DNA of 64,000 bases from an uncultured delta proteobacterium (GCA_963728565.1 CAVSLC010000018.1:84192-148191); one strand, 5' to 3'; shown: positions 19,017 through 28,879, counted from the first letter of the stretch. Made by a program: numbers and translations. The notes: generated from the letters alone by a model not told the origin.

Positions 19017-19341
19017 TGCGTTCCTCCAGAATAATTTATCTACCTGACTATATATGGTTAATAGTTAGCACAGTATGGATACGGACAGTAAGTACCAGCC
19101 ATTTCTTAAAATCGATGCCCGAATCTAGACCATGAGAGCTAAATGCGTGGAAGATCTTTTGATTGGGGTTATCTGACATCGATCGAAAAGTCAACGAAAC
19201 CAGCACCGCGCAACGCTTCTATTTACGTATGTTTTTACCGGCTTATTTAGCGCTCCTGATAAGCAATCAACCCTTTACAGTCTTTGAAGGGCTTGCTATC
19301 ACTGCGGATTGTTTCCGTAGGAGTTCGTCCGGGAGAAAATA

Positions 19342-22300
19342 ATGATCGTAAGTTCCAAACGTTCGACACAAGACTGGCTCCTTATGGTCGGTCTGTTTTG
19401 TTTCTTCTTTTCCGGCGCCGCCGGCCTCGTTTATCAGGTGGTATGGACCCGGATGCTGACGCAGATCTTCGGTAATACGACCTATGCTATCGCAACGGTT
19501 CTGTCTGCATTCATGGCAGGATTGGCGATCGGCAGCTATCTGTTCGGCAAGATAGCCGATCGCGGCAAAAACGATTTCTTGCTATATGGTCTGCTCGAAG
19601 CAGGCGTGGGCATTTATGGATTCGCGGTCCCATGGCTGTTCGCTTTAGCGCAAAAAGCCTACGGTCCAATTTTCGGATTGAATGAATCGTATCCATTCCT
19701 GTTCAACCTAGTCCTTTTCTTTCTATCGTTTGTACTACTGGTTTTTCCCACCTTGTTAATGGGCGCAACTTTGCCGGTCCTGAGCCGATTTTATGTGCGC
19801 AGCTTTTCGCAGTTTGGTCGCCGGGTAGGCGACCTTTATGCGACTAACACAACCGGAGCGGTGATCGGTTGCGCGGCTGCCGGATTTTTTCTCATTCCAA
19901 CTTTCGGCATGCGTACCACGGTATATGTGGCGGCGGGATTGAATTTGATCATCGCCGCGCTGATTCTCATCATCGACCGCTTGCGGGACAAGAAGCCGAT
20001 GGAATTCAACACGGCTAGCGCAGACGAGATACCTGAGACACCGGCGACGGACAATTCGCCGCCGTGGCTCGGCTGGGTGGTCCTGGTTTCCTTTGGGTTG
20101 TCCGGTTTCGCCTCGCTCGTATATGAGAATGCCTGGACACGCGCGCTGACGTTGGTGATCGGCAGCTCGATCTACTCGTTCACCACTATGTTGGTGACAT
20201 TTCTGATCGGCCTTGCCCTAGGAGGATTTATCTATGCCCGCTTCTTGGGCCAGCGGGAACCTCGCTTGAGTAGCTTCGGCCTGATCGAAATGTGGGTTGG
20301 ATTAGCGGCGCTCGCCACGATACCGCTGTTTGAACGGCTGCCACTGATCTTTGTCAGATTGCTGCACGGCTTCGGTGATACGTTTACTGTTTTTCTCTAC
20401 TTGCAAATATTTCTATCGGCTCTCGTCATGTTCGTTCCCACGGTTCTTTTGGGCATGACGTTTCCGTTAGTCGCGCGCCTGTTTACTCAGAGTCTTTACC
20501 GGGTGGGCAGCGGCGTCGGTAGCTCGTACGCCGCCAACACCATAGGAGCGGTGTTAGGCGCCTTTGCAGGCGGATTTATTTTGATTCCGACCATCGGCGT
20601 GCAGAATGCGATCATTTTCGCAGTGGTGATGAATCTGCTGATCGGTTGCGCGCTAGTCGCGAGCGATCCCAAGCTCGCACCGCTGCCGCGAGCGATGCTG
20701 GGCGTCGCGGTTTTAATTTTGGCGGTTCTGGTGCCGTTCAAAGTGCAACGTTGGGATCCGCACATCCTGACCAGCGGCGTCACTATCTACCACGACCGCT
20801 ATGAGAGCTTGCCTTCGGATTCGCTGCGTATCGAGGAGATGAAACGCGATGATATTTTGTTTTATCGAGAAGGGCTGACTACCACTGTCAGTGTCCATCA
20901 AATCTCCGGCAGCGACTATATCTATTTTAAATCGAACGGCAAAATCGACGGCTCGTACGGCGACGCTCTGAGCCAATTGATGACCAGCTACATCCCGATG
21001 TTGCTTCATCCGAAAGCCGAGCAGGCGCTCACGATTGGGCTCGGCAGCGGTCACTCGGCCAAGGCGCTTGCAACTTTTGATACGGTGAAAGAGATCGAAG
21101 TCATCGAGATCGAACCGGCCATGATCGAAGCAAGCAAATATTTCGATCGCACGTCCGTCGAGCTGGAAGAATTTCCGGAGGGGGTGTCGCTTCCGAACAC
21201 GCCCGCCGGTCGGATCTGGTACGACGACCAAAAGAAGCGTCTTTTCTACAAAGGCGTTATGGAAGAGGACGAACGCTCAAAGCTCATGTCTCTCTCCGAG
21301 GACAGGGAATATCGCGGCGCGGTCGATCGCCTCTATCGAAACGCGCGCCATTCGCGCCATTCCAGCGTGCTTGAAGATAAAAGGGTGAGGGTGATTCCGA
21401 CCGACGGCCGCAACTATATCTTAGCCACCCCAAAATATTACGACATCATCACCGCGGAGCCTTCCAATCCGTGGATTGCCGGCATTGCCAACCTCTATAC
21501 TCGGGAGTTTTATCAGGTCATCAAATCCAAGATTAAGGATGACGGGATTTTTGCGCAGTGGTTTCATAACTACTCGATGTCGCCGGACGACTTTCGCATG
21601 GTTTTCCGCACCTTCGTCGAGGCGTTTCCGCATGTTTCCTTGTGGTCGATGAAGGAGAGCGATTTCCTTCTGATCGGCAGCAAGCAGGAGCATCCGTTCG
21701 ATTACGCGGCAGTCAAGAAGATCTATGACAACAATCCGATGTTAAGATCGGATTTTGAATATCTCGGTTTGTCCGATGTTTATGCTGTGCAAGGATTCTA
21801 TCGAATGAATCGAGATGGGTTTCTGGCTTTCTCTAAGGATGCCGACATCAATACCGATGACGGAGCGCAACTGGAATTTTCCGCGCCAAAAAACTTGCGA
21901 CGGCCGACCACCGAGCTCAATCGCCAGCTAATGACGCCGCATCTCATAGAAGCGCCATGGCTCAAATCACGCCCACCGGCGGTTTCCGAGGCCATGCACC
22001 ATTACTATATGGCGGAATCGTATGTGGCGAGCATCTCGCGCAATCGGGCGCTGGCCGAGTTGGAACAAGCTATCAAGCTGGAGCCCAACAATCCGAAATT
22101 TTATTTGCTCCAGGCAAAGGTATTGTTGGATCAGGATAAGAGCACGGAAGGCGCCAAAGCCGCTTTTGCCGCTCTCGAACGCGACCAAGACGCGATCTCT
22201 CAAGTTCTGGCGATGAGCGACGAGTTCTATCTACCCGACGCCAAGGCAGTCTACAGCAGAATTATCCAGATGGGCACCAAAGAAGTTTTGCCTTATCTGG

Positions 22301-22770
22301 GTCTGGGTAACATCGCCCTTCACTCGGGGGAAATTCCCGAAGCGGAGAAATGGTTCTCCCAGGCTCGGGAAATTGACGTCGAGCATCCGGCGGTGCTGCT
22401 AGCATGGGGGCGGTTGATCGCCGCCCAGGCGAAGGCTCAAACCGATGAAGCCCGCGCCAAAACCCAACTTCAAGAGGCTAGAGAATTTTTGGAGAAGTCC
22501 AAATCCAAGGGCGAAAACTCGGCCACGATTCATTCCGAACTCGGCGAGATCTATTTACGATTGCAAATGTGGGATAAGGCTGCCGCCTCTTACGAGGAAG
22601 CATTGCGGCTGCGCCGGAGAAGAAATGATTGGCGACGAATACTGGGTCAGGCTTATGCCCAGCTTGGCCGGACTGGGGAGGCGGAACGAAAATTCCGCGA
22701 AGTCTTGGCGTTCAGCCCCGACGACGTCGAAGCATGGAGAGGCCTCCAATCTATCGGTAAGAAGTATTAG
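19342..22770 (+). CDS. Fused MFS-like membrane domain / spermidine synthase-like SAM domain / TPR protein
   Basis: About 13 TM helices (FFFSGAAGLVYQVVWTR, LMGATLP); IGLGSG, IEIEPAMIE, DGRNY, YDIITAEPSNPWIAG; C-terminal TPR repeats. Confidence 0.9.
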   Translation: MIVSSKRSTQDWLLMVGLFCFFFSGAAGLVYQVVWTRMLTQIFGNTTYAIATVLSAFMAGLAIGSYLFGKIADRGKNDFLLYGLLEAGVGIYGFAVPWLFALAQKAYGPIFGLNESYPFLFNLVLFFLSFVLLVFPTLLMGATLPVLSRFYVRSFSQFGRRVGDLYATNTTGAVIGCAAAGFFLIPTFGMRTTVYVAAGLNLIIAALILIIDRLRDKKPMEFNTASADEIPETPATDNSPPWLGWVVLVSFGLSGFASLVYENAWTRALTLVIGSSIYSFTTMLVTFLIGLALGGFIYARFLGQREPRLSSFGLIEMWVGLAALATIPLFERLPLIFVRLLHGFGDTFTVFLYLQIFLSALVMFVPTVLLGMTFPLVARLFTQSLYRVGSGVGSSYAANTIGAVLGAFAGGFILIPTIGVQNAIIFAVVMNLLIGCALVASDPKLAPLPRAMLGVAVLILAVLVPFKVQRWDPHILTSGVTIYHDRYESLPSDSLRIEEMKRDDILFYREGLTTTVSVHQISGSDYIYFKSNGKIDGSYGDALSQLMTSYIPMLLHPKAEQALTIGLGSGHSAKALATFDTVKEIEVIEIEPAMIEASKYFDRTSVELEEFPEGVSLPNTPAGRIWYDDQKKRLFYKGVMEEDERSKLMSLSEDREYRGAVDRLYRNARHSRHSSVLEDKRVRVIPTDGRNYILATPKYYDIITAEPSNPWIAGIANLYTREFYQVIKSKIKDDGIFAQWFHNYSMSPDDFRMVFRTFVEAFPHVSLWSMKESDFLLIGSKQEHPFDYAAVKKIYDNNPMLRSDFEYLGLSDVYAVQGFYRMNRDGFLAFSKDADINTDDGAQLEFSAPKNLRRPTTELNRQLMTPHLIEAPWLKSRPPAVSEAMHHYYMAESYVASISRNRALAELEQAIKLEPNNPKFYLLQAKVLLDQDKSTEGAKAAFAALERDQDAISQVLAMSDEFYLPDAKAVYSRIIQMGTKEVLPYLGLGNIALHSGEIPEAEKWFSQAREIDVEHPAVLLAWGRLIAAQAKAQTDEARAKTQLQEAREFLEKSKSKGENSATIHSELGEIYLRLQMWDKAAASYEEALRLRRRRNDWRRILGQAYAQLGRTGEAERKFREVLAFSPDDVEAWRGLQSIGKKY

Positions 22771-22796
22771 ATTTGGCTTTGCTGTCTCATCTGGAC

Positions 22797-22842
22797 AAAG
22801 ACAAAGGCCCATTGGCTCAGTGCCATGGGCCTTTGTCTTTTG
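22797..22842 (+). terminator. Strong hairpin / intrinsic terminator (possibly bidirectional) between the fusion gene and proC
   Basis: 16-bp stem AAAGACAAAGGCCCAT/ATGGGCCTTTGTCTTT with a T-rich 3' end. Confidence 0.7.
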
Positions 22843-22920
22843 CGCTCCCGGACGACTTTGCAGTTCCTGCCAGTACGCTCTATTTTGGCAAATGACCGGA
22901 ATCGGCTGAAGGAGAAACTC

Positions 22921-23733
22921 ATGGTAACTGGAAAGGTCGGCATTGTCGGGGCGGGGAAAATCGGTTCGGCAATTGCGCGAGGTATCATTCGGTCGGGTCT
23001 CTTAACTAACGATCGCGTTATGGCCAGCGATGTCAGCGATGCTTTGCGGCGGGCCATCGGCAACGAGTTGGGAATCGCTGTAACGGCGGATAATCGACAG
23101 CTCTGTGACTTTGCCGATGTCGTGATCTTGGCCGTCAAGCCGCAGATTCTCGACTCGGTCATAAAGCAAATGGCAAAAAGTTTTGGCCCAGAGAAGCTGC
23201 TGGTTTCCGTGGCAGCGGGCGTGCCGCTTTCCCGGATTGAAGCCGGCTTGGCGCCTGGCGCTCGCGTCGTCCGTGTGATGCCCAATATTTGCTGCGTGGT
23301 TGGCGCTGGTGCCGCGGCTTACGCGGGAGGGGCGCACGCTACGCCGAAGGACTTGGAAATCGTTGGTGCGATTGTCAACAGTTTCGGGATTGGCTTGCCC
23401 CTCGAGGAAAAGGATCTGGATGCGGTCACCGGGCTGAGCGGTAGCGGGCCGGCCTATGTTTTCCTTTTCATTGAGGCTCTGACGGATGGCGGCGTCAAAG
23501 TCGGTTTATCGCGCGAGGTGGCGCTGAAGCTTGCGCTTCATACTGTCTATGGCGCTGCGCGCATGGCGCTCGATAGTGCCAAACACCTGAGCGAACTCAA
23601 AGACGAGGTGACTTCGCCGGGCGGCACTACCATCGCGGGCCTGTATGCGCTAGAGAAGAACTCTCTTAAGGGAATCGTGATGGAAGCGGTTGTCAGCGCG
23701 ACTAAACGCTCGCAGGAACTGGGGAAAGGATAA
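22921..23733 (+). CDS. proC: Pyrroline-5-carboxylate reductase
   Basis: GIVGAGKIG, LAVKPQ, VRVMPN, DAVTGLSGSGPAY, VTSPGGTTIAG; ATG 22921 behind AAGGAG. Confidence 0.96.
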   Translation: MVTGKVGIVGAGKIGSAIARGIIRSGLLTNDRVMASDVSDALRRAIGNELGIAVTADNRQLCDFADVVILAVKPQILDSVIKQMAKSFGPEKLLVSVAAGVPLSRIEAGLAPGARVVRVMPNICCVVGAGAAAYAGGAHATPKDLEIVGAIVNSFGIGLPLEEKDLDAVTGLSGSGPAYVFLFIEALTDGGVKVGLSREVALKLALHTVYGAARMALDSAKHLSELKDEVTSPGGTTIAGLYALEKNSLKGIVMEAVVSATKRSQELGKG

Positions 23734-23793
23734 AGAGGCCGAGATGAAAGCTGAAAGACGAATAATCCTATCAGTAGCAGCGTGGATTCGCGT

Positions 23794-24378
23794 TTACTTC
23801 CTTTTCCAATTTCCTTGCGAGTCCTGGATCCACCAGCCCGTTTGAGCCTGATCTATCCAGCTCTTGGCAAAAATTCCCTTAATCTTGGGCACCGTATCGG
23901 GCGGCATATTGTTGGCCTTTGCGATCTCCGCGTACAGCGCTTCGCGGTCGCGGTTCTCGGCTTCGATCAGCTGTTGCACTTCAGCACGCTCTTTGAGGTT
24001 TAATCCCTCACTGCTGCGAACCACCAGCAGGCCGCCTTGATTGATGCCGGCACTGCCTTTGTCCATATAGGGTTTTATGGCTCCGCTGCGGCCCTTTATC
24101 GAATCCCTCAGTGCGCGGATTGCCGGGTTGGACACATTGATATCCGCTTCTTGGGCGAAAGCCTCGCGGGTCAGGCTGAGCGAGAGGGTTGGGTGCGGGG
24201 CAAATGGCAGCAGGCTCTGAGGCTGAACGCGTTCCGATTTCCCGTTCGAACCGCCCCACGTCTCTTTAACTATTTCATCTGCGGCGCGCTGGACCGCGGC
24301 GGCGGGAAAATAAATGTTTACTGTAACGCAGGCACTCAGAATAAGTAATAAAACCACTGTAACTCGTCCCCGCATCAT
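23794..24378 (-). CDS. YdbL/DUF1318 family lipoprotein with an N-terminal lipoprotein segment
   Basis: Lipobox LSAC, VTVNIYFPAAAVQRAADEIV, then ENRDREALYAEIAKAN and GWWIQDSQGNWKRK. Confidence 0.75.
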   Translation of the reverse strand: MMRGRVTVVLLLILSACVTVNIYFPAAAVQRAADEIVKETWGGSNGKSERVQPQSLLPFAPHPTLSLSLTREAFAQEADINVSNPAIRALRDSIKGRSGAIKPYMDKGSAGINQGGLLVVRSSEGLNLKERAEVQQLIEAENRDREALYAEIAKANNMPPDTVPKIKGIFAKSWIDQAQTGWWIQDSQGNWKRK

Positions 24379-24385
24379 TCCTCCA

Positions 24386-27355
24386 TTATTTTACTTGCGG
24401 CTTCTCCGTTGTAATCCGCTCTAGTCTTCGCAACAGCTCAGAGAAGCCGATCTCCTGCGTGTGACTGATGATATTAACCGTGGGCGGCAGCAGGGTTCCG
24501 ACGACCAGAAATTCTTTGCTGTCGCGGCTTTCGACTCCTCGTAGTATCAATCTGTCGTTTCTCAGGCTCGCCCGGAAGCCCATTTTACTGTAACGGAAAT
24601 TGTCGAATAATCCGGCTAAACCGCCGTAAAGCACATTCGAATCCTGTCCGGAACTCAGGATAGTGATTTTGTTCAAAGCTTCGACGCTAATCCACTGACT
24701 ACTTTCCGGCCGGTCGACGGTTTCAACCTGAGCTTGGAAGCGCGCCGGTTGCCCCTCCGTGATCACGAGATCGTTAACCGCTCCCTCTAAAATGCCCGAG
24801 ATCTTGCCAAATGCAAAGGTTTCGGAAACTTTCTCCAGGCGAATGTTTTGAAAGCGCGCTGCCAATTTGAGCGATGGTACGGTGGAGAACAGATTCTCGA
24901 TCTCCATTTGATCAATTTGCAGTTGCCCGCCGAACAGGTCCGCGTGTACCTGACCCTCGCTGCGCAGTGTGTCTCCGGTCGAACGAATCTGCGGGATGGC
25001 TCCGCTCAATGTTCCGCTAAAGCGGGGCCATCCCAGAGCATCGGTCAATTCTTGGAGTTGTAAAAGCCTTAAGTCGAGAGCGAAAGACACCTCTTTCGGG
25101 TCGTTGACAACATCAGGCCAGGCTAAATTAGTGATCTCCATGCTGCCGCCGAAAATAACCAGTCGAACCGGCTGGTGGAAAATCAAGGTATTATTCGATA
25201 GGGAAAGTGCGCTGGTTATCGGTTCGAGCGAGCGCGAGCCAAAACGGCCGCCGCGAATCGAAAGAATTCCGGGCGGAGTGCGGTTCACAGTGTTTGATTT
25301 TTCCGGATAACTGATCTGAAACGGCAAGGTAAGAGCAAGCGGACCGATTTCCCATTCATCGGGTCCGCGGCGCAGTTCGCCGCCTTGCAAAGTCAAGCGG
25401 CCCTCGGTAATCAGGCCTTCCCAATTGCCGCGCGCATGAAGCTGAAAAGCGATTTGTCCGCCAATACTTAACTTATCAAGAATTGGATATTGACGCTTAA
25501 AGTTTTCCTGAACGAAAAAAGTAAAGAAGCCGCCGGCACTTAAATTATCGCTGTGCGCTTGGATTTCGACCGATGGCGCCCGCCCCAGCTGATTGATCGT
25601 GCCGCTAACCTCGATGTCGCCGGTGGACGCAAGAGTTAACCGGGCCTGACGTAAGCGTACGCTGTCGTCGTCGCGTAAATAATCCCCGTCGAATTCCAAC
25701 ACCGGTCGTTGTCCAGCCAGATCAGCGTAAAACTTCCCCCATAACATTTCACCGCGTTGTAACGACAGCTTGCCGGCGACTCGCATTAAATGGCGCTCGG
25801 TATGGGAGACAACCTTGACGCTGCCCGACAACAGGAGATTCTCACCGAGCTTAGTGCCGTCAGCCGACGCAAAGCGGCCCCCGTTTAATTGAACTCGCGC
25901 ATTTACGACTAACGGCGCTTCCGGTGCGTAGGCAAGCGAACCATCGATGTGCACCTGCTCGGCGCCGGCTTGAGTACGGTCCTTTGCGTCTGATATCAGC
26001 GATTGGCCTTTGAGCGAGACGTCCTTTAGTTTGAGCGATGAAGCGGTCCAATCGATCGGGGCATGTAACGCGATATCGACGAAAGAAAAATTACCGCCAT
26101 GGAGGTCCATTTTGTTGCTACTGATTGCGCCGGTCACTTGCAGAGTTTTCCAAGGTCCGTTAACGGTTAATTCCGCAGCGGCCATTCCCCGGTAAGTCCA
26201 CTGATTCACAGGCCCCGGCAGGAATCTCTTAAGAACCTGCCATGGCACGTTATTGATCGACAGTTGCCCACGAGTGACAACCAAGTCGCTGTCGGTGCTA
26301 ATACTACCTTGCACATGAGCCGCGCCGAGCGGGGTAGCGATTTTCAAAGCAGTCACTGAGAAGAGCTTAGCGTTGGCTGAATAGCTGCCCATGAGGGTTG
26401 CCACAGCTGCCCCCTCACGACCTTCGCTTACTTCAGTGACGACGCTAGCAAAATCGGCGATCTCAAAACGCGCCGCCACTGTCGCCTCAGTGAAACCCGG
26501 GTTGGGAACCACGCGAGCATCAAGGCCGCCGGTCAGTGGTTTTGGTCCGATTTTTAGGTCTTTGAATTTGCCGATCAGCGCCAAGCTGGCTGTACCGTTC
26601 GGAGTCCTTGTAAGCTTTGCCTCCAGACGCAACGTCTCTTTGGCTACCTTGTCTGAACCGGCAAACGGAACCAGACGCTCAGATGACGTTTCGCGGAGGA
26701 CCAGATCGACTTTCGTGTCCTCGTTCTGCTGATTGACAAACAGCTCCGCTTTGGCATTTAGCCGTGGCACGTCAGCCTTCAAGCTAATGCCGCTCGTTTG
26801 CCCGAGATTTAGATCCCTGGCGCGCAAGTTGATCGAAGAGAATTCAACGCGCTTACCGTCCGCTGTATTTAGAACGACGGCGCCGTCACGAATCTCCAAG
26901 TGACGTATTCGCAGCGGTGAAGATGCTTGGGCTGGGGCTTTCAGTATCTCCTCTAAATCTAGATGAATCACCGGGCGTTCTATCGTCACTCGGTGAATCG
27001 TCTTGGACAGGAGATCCAGAGGATTGACGCTCATCGCCATGCTGGCAGCAGTAGTTATAACATGACCGGATTTTGCAATGGTCAGGGCGGCGCCGGTTAT
27101 TTTAAATGGCAATCCGAACTTGATGTCGCCAAAAGTGATTTCATAACCGGCCCTAATCGAAAGCTCACGTTCCAACCACAGCTGAAATCGTGAAGAGTTA
27201 AAAATTACAGAGAGCGTTCCATAGGCCAGAATGATCAGAGTGACACCGACCAGGATTAACGTTACAAGATAACGCTTCAAAGCAGCCAGAACATACACGC
27301 TGGTCATTGCACGGGCAACAACGGGCGCGTTCGCCACAGTGCTGGAAGTATCCAA
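24386..27355 (-). CDS. AsmA-like/YdbH-family intermembrane bridge protein (start may be ATG 27307)
   Basis: N-terminal TM, long beta-rich body, C-terminal YSKMGFRASLRNDRL; directly upstream of the YdbL-like gene. Confidence 0.65.
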   Translation of the reverse strand: MDTSSTVANAPVVARAMTSVYVLAALKRYLVTLILVGVTLIILAYGTLSVIFNSSRFQLWLERELSIRAGYEITFGDIKFGLPFKITGAALTIAKSGHVITTAASMAMSVNPLDLLSKTIHRVTIERPVIHLDLEEILKAPAQASSPLRIRHLEIRDGAVVLNTADGKRVEFSSINLRARDLNLGQTSGISLKADVPRLNAKAELFVNQQNEDTKVDLVLRETSSERLVPFAGSDKVAKETLRLEAKLTRTPNGTASLALIGKFKDLKIGPKPLTGGLDARVVPNPGFTEATVAARFEIADFASVVTEVSEGREGAAVATLMGSYSANAKLFSVTALKIATPLGAAHVQGSISTDSDLVVTRGQLSINNVPWQVLKRFLPGPVNQWTYRGMAAAELTVNGPWKTLQVTGAISSNKMDLHGGNFSFVDIALHAPIDWTASSLKLKDVSLKGQSLISDAKDRTQAGAEQVHIDGSLAYAPEAPLVVNARVQLNGGRFASADGTKLGENLLLSGSVKVVSHTERHLMRVAGKLSLQRGEMLWGKFYADLAGQRPVLEFDGDYLRDDDSVRLRQARLTLASTGDIEVSGTINQLGRAPSVEIQAHSDNLSAGGFFTFFVQENFKRQYPILDKLSIGGQIAFQLHARGNWEGLITEGRLTLQGGELRRGPDEWEIGPLALTLPFQISYPEKSNTVNRTPPGILSIRGGRFGSRSLEPITSALSLSNNTLIFHQPVRLVIFGGSMEITNLAWPDVVNDPKEVSFALDLRLLQLQELTDALGWPRFSGTLSGAIPQIRSTGDTLRSEGQVHADLFGGQLQIDQMEIENLFSTVPSLKLAARFQNIRLEKVSETFAFGKISGILEGAVNDLVITEGQPARFQAQVETVDRPESSQWISVEALNKITILSSGQDSNVLYGGLAGLFDNFRYSKMGFRASLRNDRLILRGVESRDSKEFLVVGTLLPPTVNIISHTQEIGFSELLRRLERITTEKPQVK

Positions 27356-27575
27356 ACTCTGTCGAGTAGATTATCAAGCGGGCGGACCGTGAGCAGTGAC
27401 GGCAAGCATTTGAGCAAATTACTAGGAATTTTCCGACTCCCGAATTAGTCAAAGAAAATCTTTTGACTACCTGTTGTAGTCGAGAGGCGATCCTTTCCTA
27501 GATCTAGTCTACTCCCGGTAGCTCTACGGTAGTAACCTTAAAGATTACATGGAGATTGTAAATGCTTAAATTTTC

Positions 27576-27604
27576 TTGACAAGCACAAATTCCTATATTA
27601 CGGT
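27576..27604 (+). promoter_or_regulatory. Candidate sigma-70 promoter of the OmpA-family gene
   Basis: TTGACA (27576-27581), 17 bp spacer, TACGGT (27599-27604). Confidence 0.55.
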
Positions 27605-27639
27605 AGCGCAAATTTTCACTACTTTCTGGGGAGGGAGAG

Positions 27640-28371
27640 ATGCAAAACAATAAGTATTTAGCCTTGACCGCGCTAGGCTTTTTCTTCGCTGGTTGCACGG
27701 GGATGACGCGTAATCAGGCCGCGATGGTCGGCGCATTAACGTGCGGCGCCGCGGGCGCTGGCGGTGGCGCCTATGCTGCACATCAAGGTATCAACGGTAA
27801 ACACAAAAATGAGGCAGCCGGCGCCGCAATCGGCGCAGTTACCGGCGCTTTGCTTTGCGGTGGTCTAGCTTATCTCATCGCTGAGGATCCGAAACCAGCG
27901 CCAAAACCGCCACCGCCTCCTCCGCCTCCGCCGCCGCCTCCACCTCCGCCGCCTCCGCCGCCTCCTCCACCTCCGCCGCCTCCACCGGCGCCAAAACCAA
28001 CACCGCCGCCACCACCACCGGCGCCCAAGGTTGAGCGAACGATTATTCTCGATGACGTACTCTTTGACTTCGACAGGAGCAACGTCAAGCCGGAAGCGGC
28101 TAAGATTCTTGATCGTCTGGTAGCTTTTATGCAGGAGAACAAGAATTCCAAGGTGACATTGTCAGGCCATACCGATAACGTCGGTTCGGATGCTTACAAT
28201 CAGAAGCTGTCAGAGCGCCGGGTTACGGCAGTCAGGGAATACGTCGTGAAGAAGGGTGTCGATGCCGGACGAATCTCTGGACAGGGTTTTGGCGAGAGCA
28301 AACCGATCGCTGACAACAAAACCCGGGAGGGCCGGTCCAAGAACCGCCGGGTTGAAATCAAAGTCAACTAG
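27640..28371 (+). CDS. OmpA-family peptidoglycan-binding lipoprotein with glycine zipper and polyproline linker
   Basis: Lipobox FAGC; Gly-zipper AGAAIGAVTGALL; VLFDFDRS, GHTDNVGSDAYNQKLSERR, GFGESKP, NRRVEI. Confidence 0.93.
   Translation: MQNNKYLALTALGFFFAGCTGMTRNQAAMVGALTCGAAGAGGGAYAAHQGINGKHKNEAAGAAIGAVTGALLCGGLAYLIAEDPKPAPKPPPPPPPPPPPPPPPPPPPPPPPPPPPAPKPTPPPPPPAPKVERTIILDDVLFDFDRSNVKPEAAKILDRLVAFMQENKNSKVTLSGHTDNVGSDAYNQKLSERRVTAVREYVVKKGVDAGRISGQGFGESKPIADNKTREGRSKNRRVEIKVN
27907..27987 (+). repeat. CCN trinucleotide tract encoding 27 consecutive prolines
   Basis: 81 nt made only of ccg, cca and cct codons, in frame with 27640. Confidence 0.95.
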
Positions 28372-28398
28372 AATCAACTCAGCTAGAAGGGATTGTCA

Positions 28399-28770
28399 AT
28401 GCGGATGCCAGGAAAGACGATCGTTTTTTTCCTCGCATCCGCATTGTTTTTCCCGGTTCTCGCTCCTGCTCAGAACTTCACGTTCAAGGAAATTGAAGCT
28501 CGAGTTCTGGAATATCGGAAGTGGTTGGACCAAGTCGGATCCAGTGGTTCGCGCTATTGGATCCGATTAGATAGCAGTAAGAGACCTCACAAGCTCTACG
28601 TGGGCGAAGGTTTTATGCAGGCAGGTCCCGACGAAAAGGAGAATTTTGTCGAGATCTTCTCGCGTTTTCTCGCCGGTCATCCTGAAAAAAATATGCTTAT
28701 CGACATTTACGATGCCACCAACGGTAAGCCCATTGGCGAGTATGGTTTCGGCGGTTTTAAGCTTTTCTAG
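28399..28770 (+). CDS. Hypothetical exported protein
   Basis: Signal peptide (TIVFFLASALFFPVLAPAQ); SD-like GAAGGGA; follows the OmpA gene. Confidence 0.7.
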   Translation: MRMPGKTIVFFLASALFFPVLAPAQNFTFKEIEARVLEYRKWLDQVGSSGSRYWIRLDSSKRPHKLYVGEGFMQAGPDEKENFVEIFSRFLAGHPEKNMLIDIYDATNGKPIGEYGFGGFKLF

Positions 28771-28879
28771 TCTCCACCCTCCATCGTTTAAGGCCAACCA
28801 GCAGTTTACTGCTCCCCTTTCCTGCCCAACGCGGCATAGCGAGCTTTCATTCGCTTTGACATTTGCGTAGTACAGCGGC

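Noticed and set aside
19070-19095. ACAGTA repeats resembling a LexA SOS box
   Set aside because: They are direct repeats and do not form CTGT-N8-ACAG.
22825-22920. Long N-terminal extensions in the ORF track (proC from 22825; also 2144, 44612, 47570, 56119)
   Set aside because: Downstream ATGs have SD sequences or ATGA coupling and match where family homology begins.
27870-28151. Minus-strand poly-glycine ORF
   Set aside because: Antisense shadow of the polyproline tract in the OmpA gene.
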